Source of the DNA: a virus | Length of the DNA: 43,040 nt | Strand: one strand, 5' to 3' | Virus record (IMG/VR): IMGVR_UViG_3300045988_035187 | In this document: in pieces, positions 41,982 through 43,040 of the stretch | Position numbering within the stretch: position 1 is the first letter of the stretch | How the letters are laid out: every line of letters begins with the position of its first letter | The notes under the pieces: generated by a model | The model's input: only the letters and a program-made list of their open reading frames with translations | The model's database searches: none | What the model was told of the DNA's origin: nothing | Translations under genes and position numbers: made by a program

Positions 41982-42572
41982 TCATTCTTCGCACCACCAA
42001 ATGTCCGCCGTCTGGACGCCCAAGGATAAAGCTTCTGAGTGTCCCTTGACGGCAATGTCAATATGGTCCCCCTTGACTGCCGGACCGGTATCATCGGCTC
42101 TCAGATACACCATCCCGCCGTTGTGCTCGATCATGATGGTACTGGCCAGCGGTATAATGTCCGTATCCACGGCGCAGCTCACATACGGAGTCACGCGCCG
42201 TCCGCTGGCGGTGATGCCTGTCCCAGTCCCGCAGATGTGAGGCCGTTCCTCGCAACAATAAAAGGTGATGGTGGCACCTTCCAGCTTGTGAGACCGGGCC
42301 AACAAAGCGGCTTCGATCAGCTCATTTTCGGCGGCCTCCATCTCTTCCCCTGTCAGATAACAGCGAGTGGTGGCCGGGGTATCGTCGCCGGGGAGACTGC
42401 CGTCCTCTGCGGCGGGCGCCATCTTGTGCAGGGTGGGCGGCTCTGCCTCCACTGTCATAATCAGGTAGCTTCCCAGCCACGCCAGCAGCAAGATCAGAAA
42501 CAGGAGATATGTAATCAGCTGCAACCGCCTCTGGCTCCGGCGCCGCCGCTCTTCGCGGGTCAGCTTTTTCAT
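41982..42572 (-). CDS. Membrane-anchored 3D-domain (RlpA-like double-psi barrel) protein
   Basis: N-terminal TM (LITYLLFLILLLAWLGSYLIM). C-terminal GRRVTPYVSCAVDTDIIPLAS...YLRADDTGPAVKGDHIDI matches the 3D-domain Asp pattern. Confidence 0.65.
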   Translation of the reverse strand: MKKLTREERRRRSQRRLQLITYLLFLILLLAWLGSYLIMTVEAEPPTLHKMAPAAEDGSLPGDDTPATTRCYLTGEEMEAAENELIEAALLARSHKLEGATITFYCCEERPHICGTGTGITASGRRVTPYVSCAVDTDIIPLASTIMIEHNGGMVYLRADDTGPAVKGDHIDIAVKGHSEALSLGVQTADIWWCEE

Positions 42573-43040
42573 AAGATATGCCTCACCGCTTCCTCACGGG
42601 TGATATAGAAATGGATGCCCGTGCTACACTCGTTCCAGCGGTTTTCGTCAAAATCCAGCACAGAAACTACCGTTCCGGGGATATAGGAAAAATTGCAGTC
42701 TCTATCACTGACAGCGGCCTGCTCCAATACATTCCCCTCTAAATCCTGAATCTCCAAAACGGTTGCCTTTGAGCAGCGGCACTTCCGGCCTGCTGCGGAA
42801 CTGCGCACGGCATCTTCGGTAATTTCCAGCTTTACAATGCACTCATGACCGCTGGTTTTGACCCTTGCCTTTTTCCAGCCGACAAAAGCGCCGATTTCCG
42901 GGCAGGCAATGGGATAAAATAAATTTTTTGCCTTTTCAATGTAGTTGGCCCCGAACAGGTTGGCCCCGAACAGGTTGGCCCCGAACAGGTTGGCCCCGAA
43001 CAGGTTGGCCCTGGACAGGTTGGCCCCGAACAGGTTGGCC
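42569..43040 (-). CDS. Pentapeptide-repeat protein, 3' part with a C-terminal globular domain (GIHFY motif)
   Basis: Frame is open from the window edge: ANLFG repeats, then YIEKAKNLFYPIACPE...CSTGIHFYITREEAVRHIL and a stop at 42569. In frame with 227..1 through the 48-nt overlap. Confidence 0.8.
   Translation of the reverse strand, partial: ANLFGANLSRANLFGANLFGANLFGANLFGANYIEKAKNLFYPIACPEIGAFVGWKKARVKTSGHECIVKLEITEDAVRSSAAGRKCRCSKATVLEIQDLEGNVLEQAAVSDRDCNFSYIPGTVVSVLDFDENRWNECSTGIHFYITREEAVRHIL
42948..43040. repeat. 15-bp tandem repeat, 6.2 units; same family as 1-150
   Basis: Units read AAAABA+gcc. The last 48 nt are identical to nt 1-48. Confidence 0.95.

Larger units (their letters stand above)
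1..43040. mobile_element. Complete temperate siphovirus-like phage genome, circularly permuted, attP form
   Basis: Integrase+attP, immunity switch, replication/recombination, terS-terL-portal-capsid-tail-lysis modules all present. Nt 1-48 are identical to 42993-43040. One gene is split in frame across the ends. Confidence 0.85.

Noticed and set aside
1-43040. Defence systems with recognisable signatures (CBASS, retron reverse transcriptase, Gabija, toxin-antitoxin pairs, DGR)
   Set aside because: No reverse transcriptase, cyclase, large ATPase-nuclease or classic toxin fold was recognisable in any frame. Candidate novelty is therefore limited to the unknown-function cassettes reported above.

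Overview
The whole 43,040-nt window reads as one complete, circularly permuted genome of a temperate siphovirus-type phage. It has an HK97-fold capsid, an 808-aa tape measure and no sheath gene. The host is Gram-positive and probably Clostridia-class; that host call is an inference from the SLH-bearing endolysin, XhlA, ImmA/ImmR-type immunity and an encoded CCA tRNA end. There are no host flanks. The first 48 nt equal the last 48 nt, and a pentapeptide-repeat gene is split in frame across the window ends. The att site is in the attP form: a tRNA 3' fragment with phage DNA on both sides. Layout: (i) 1-5308 holds the early-left genes, the immunity switch, lysogeny-expressed plus-strand genes and the tyrosine integrase. 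(ii) 5302-5551 is attP. (iii) 5553-10183 holds unknown-function cargo and accessory genes. (iv) 10188-28843, minus strand, runs lysis, tail, head, portal and terminase. (v) 28916-31102 holds a Rha-type regulator, a 1.3-kb ORF-free helix-dense block with tRNA-like units, and an XRE regulator. (vi) 31233-43040, minus strand, holds early genes: many small Cys-rich proteins, methyltransferase/Lar/PAPS-reductase, RusA, DnaB-like helicase, a replisome organizer with internal 11-bp iterons, an MBL hydrolase, RecT, a DUF1351-like protein, a 3D-domain protein and the pentapeptide protein. The most interesting items are the candidate large structured RNA with an aberrant tRNA-Trp-like unit, a three-part immunity system (HTH, ImmA and an orphan S24-like pseudo-peptidase) with face-to-face promoters, the attP-adjacent cargo operon, and the near-perfect 15-bp repeat array that encodes the pentapeptide protein. 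All protein family calls come from motif recognition by eye. No database search was run.
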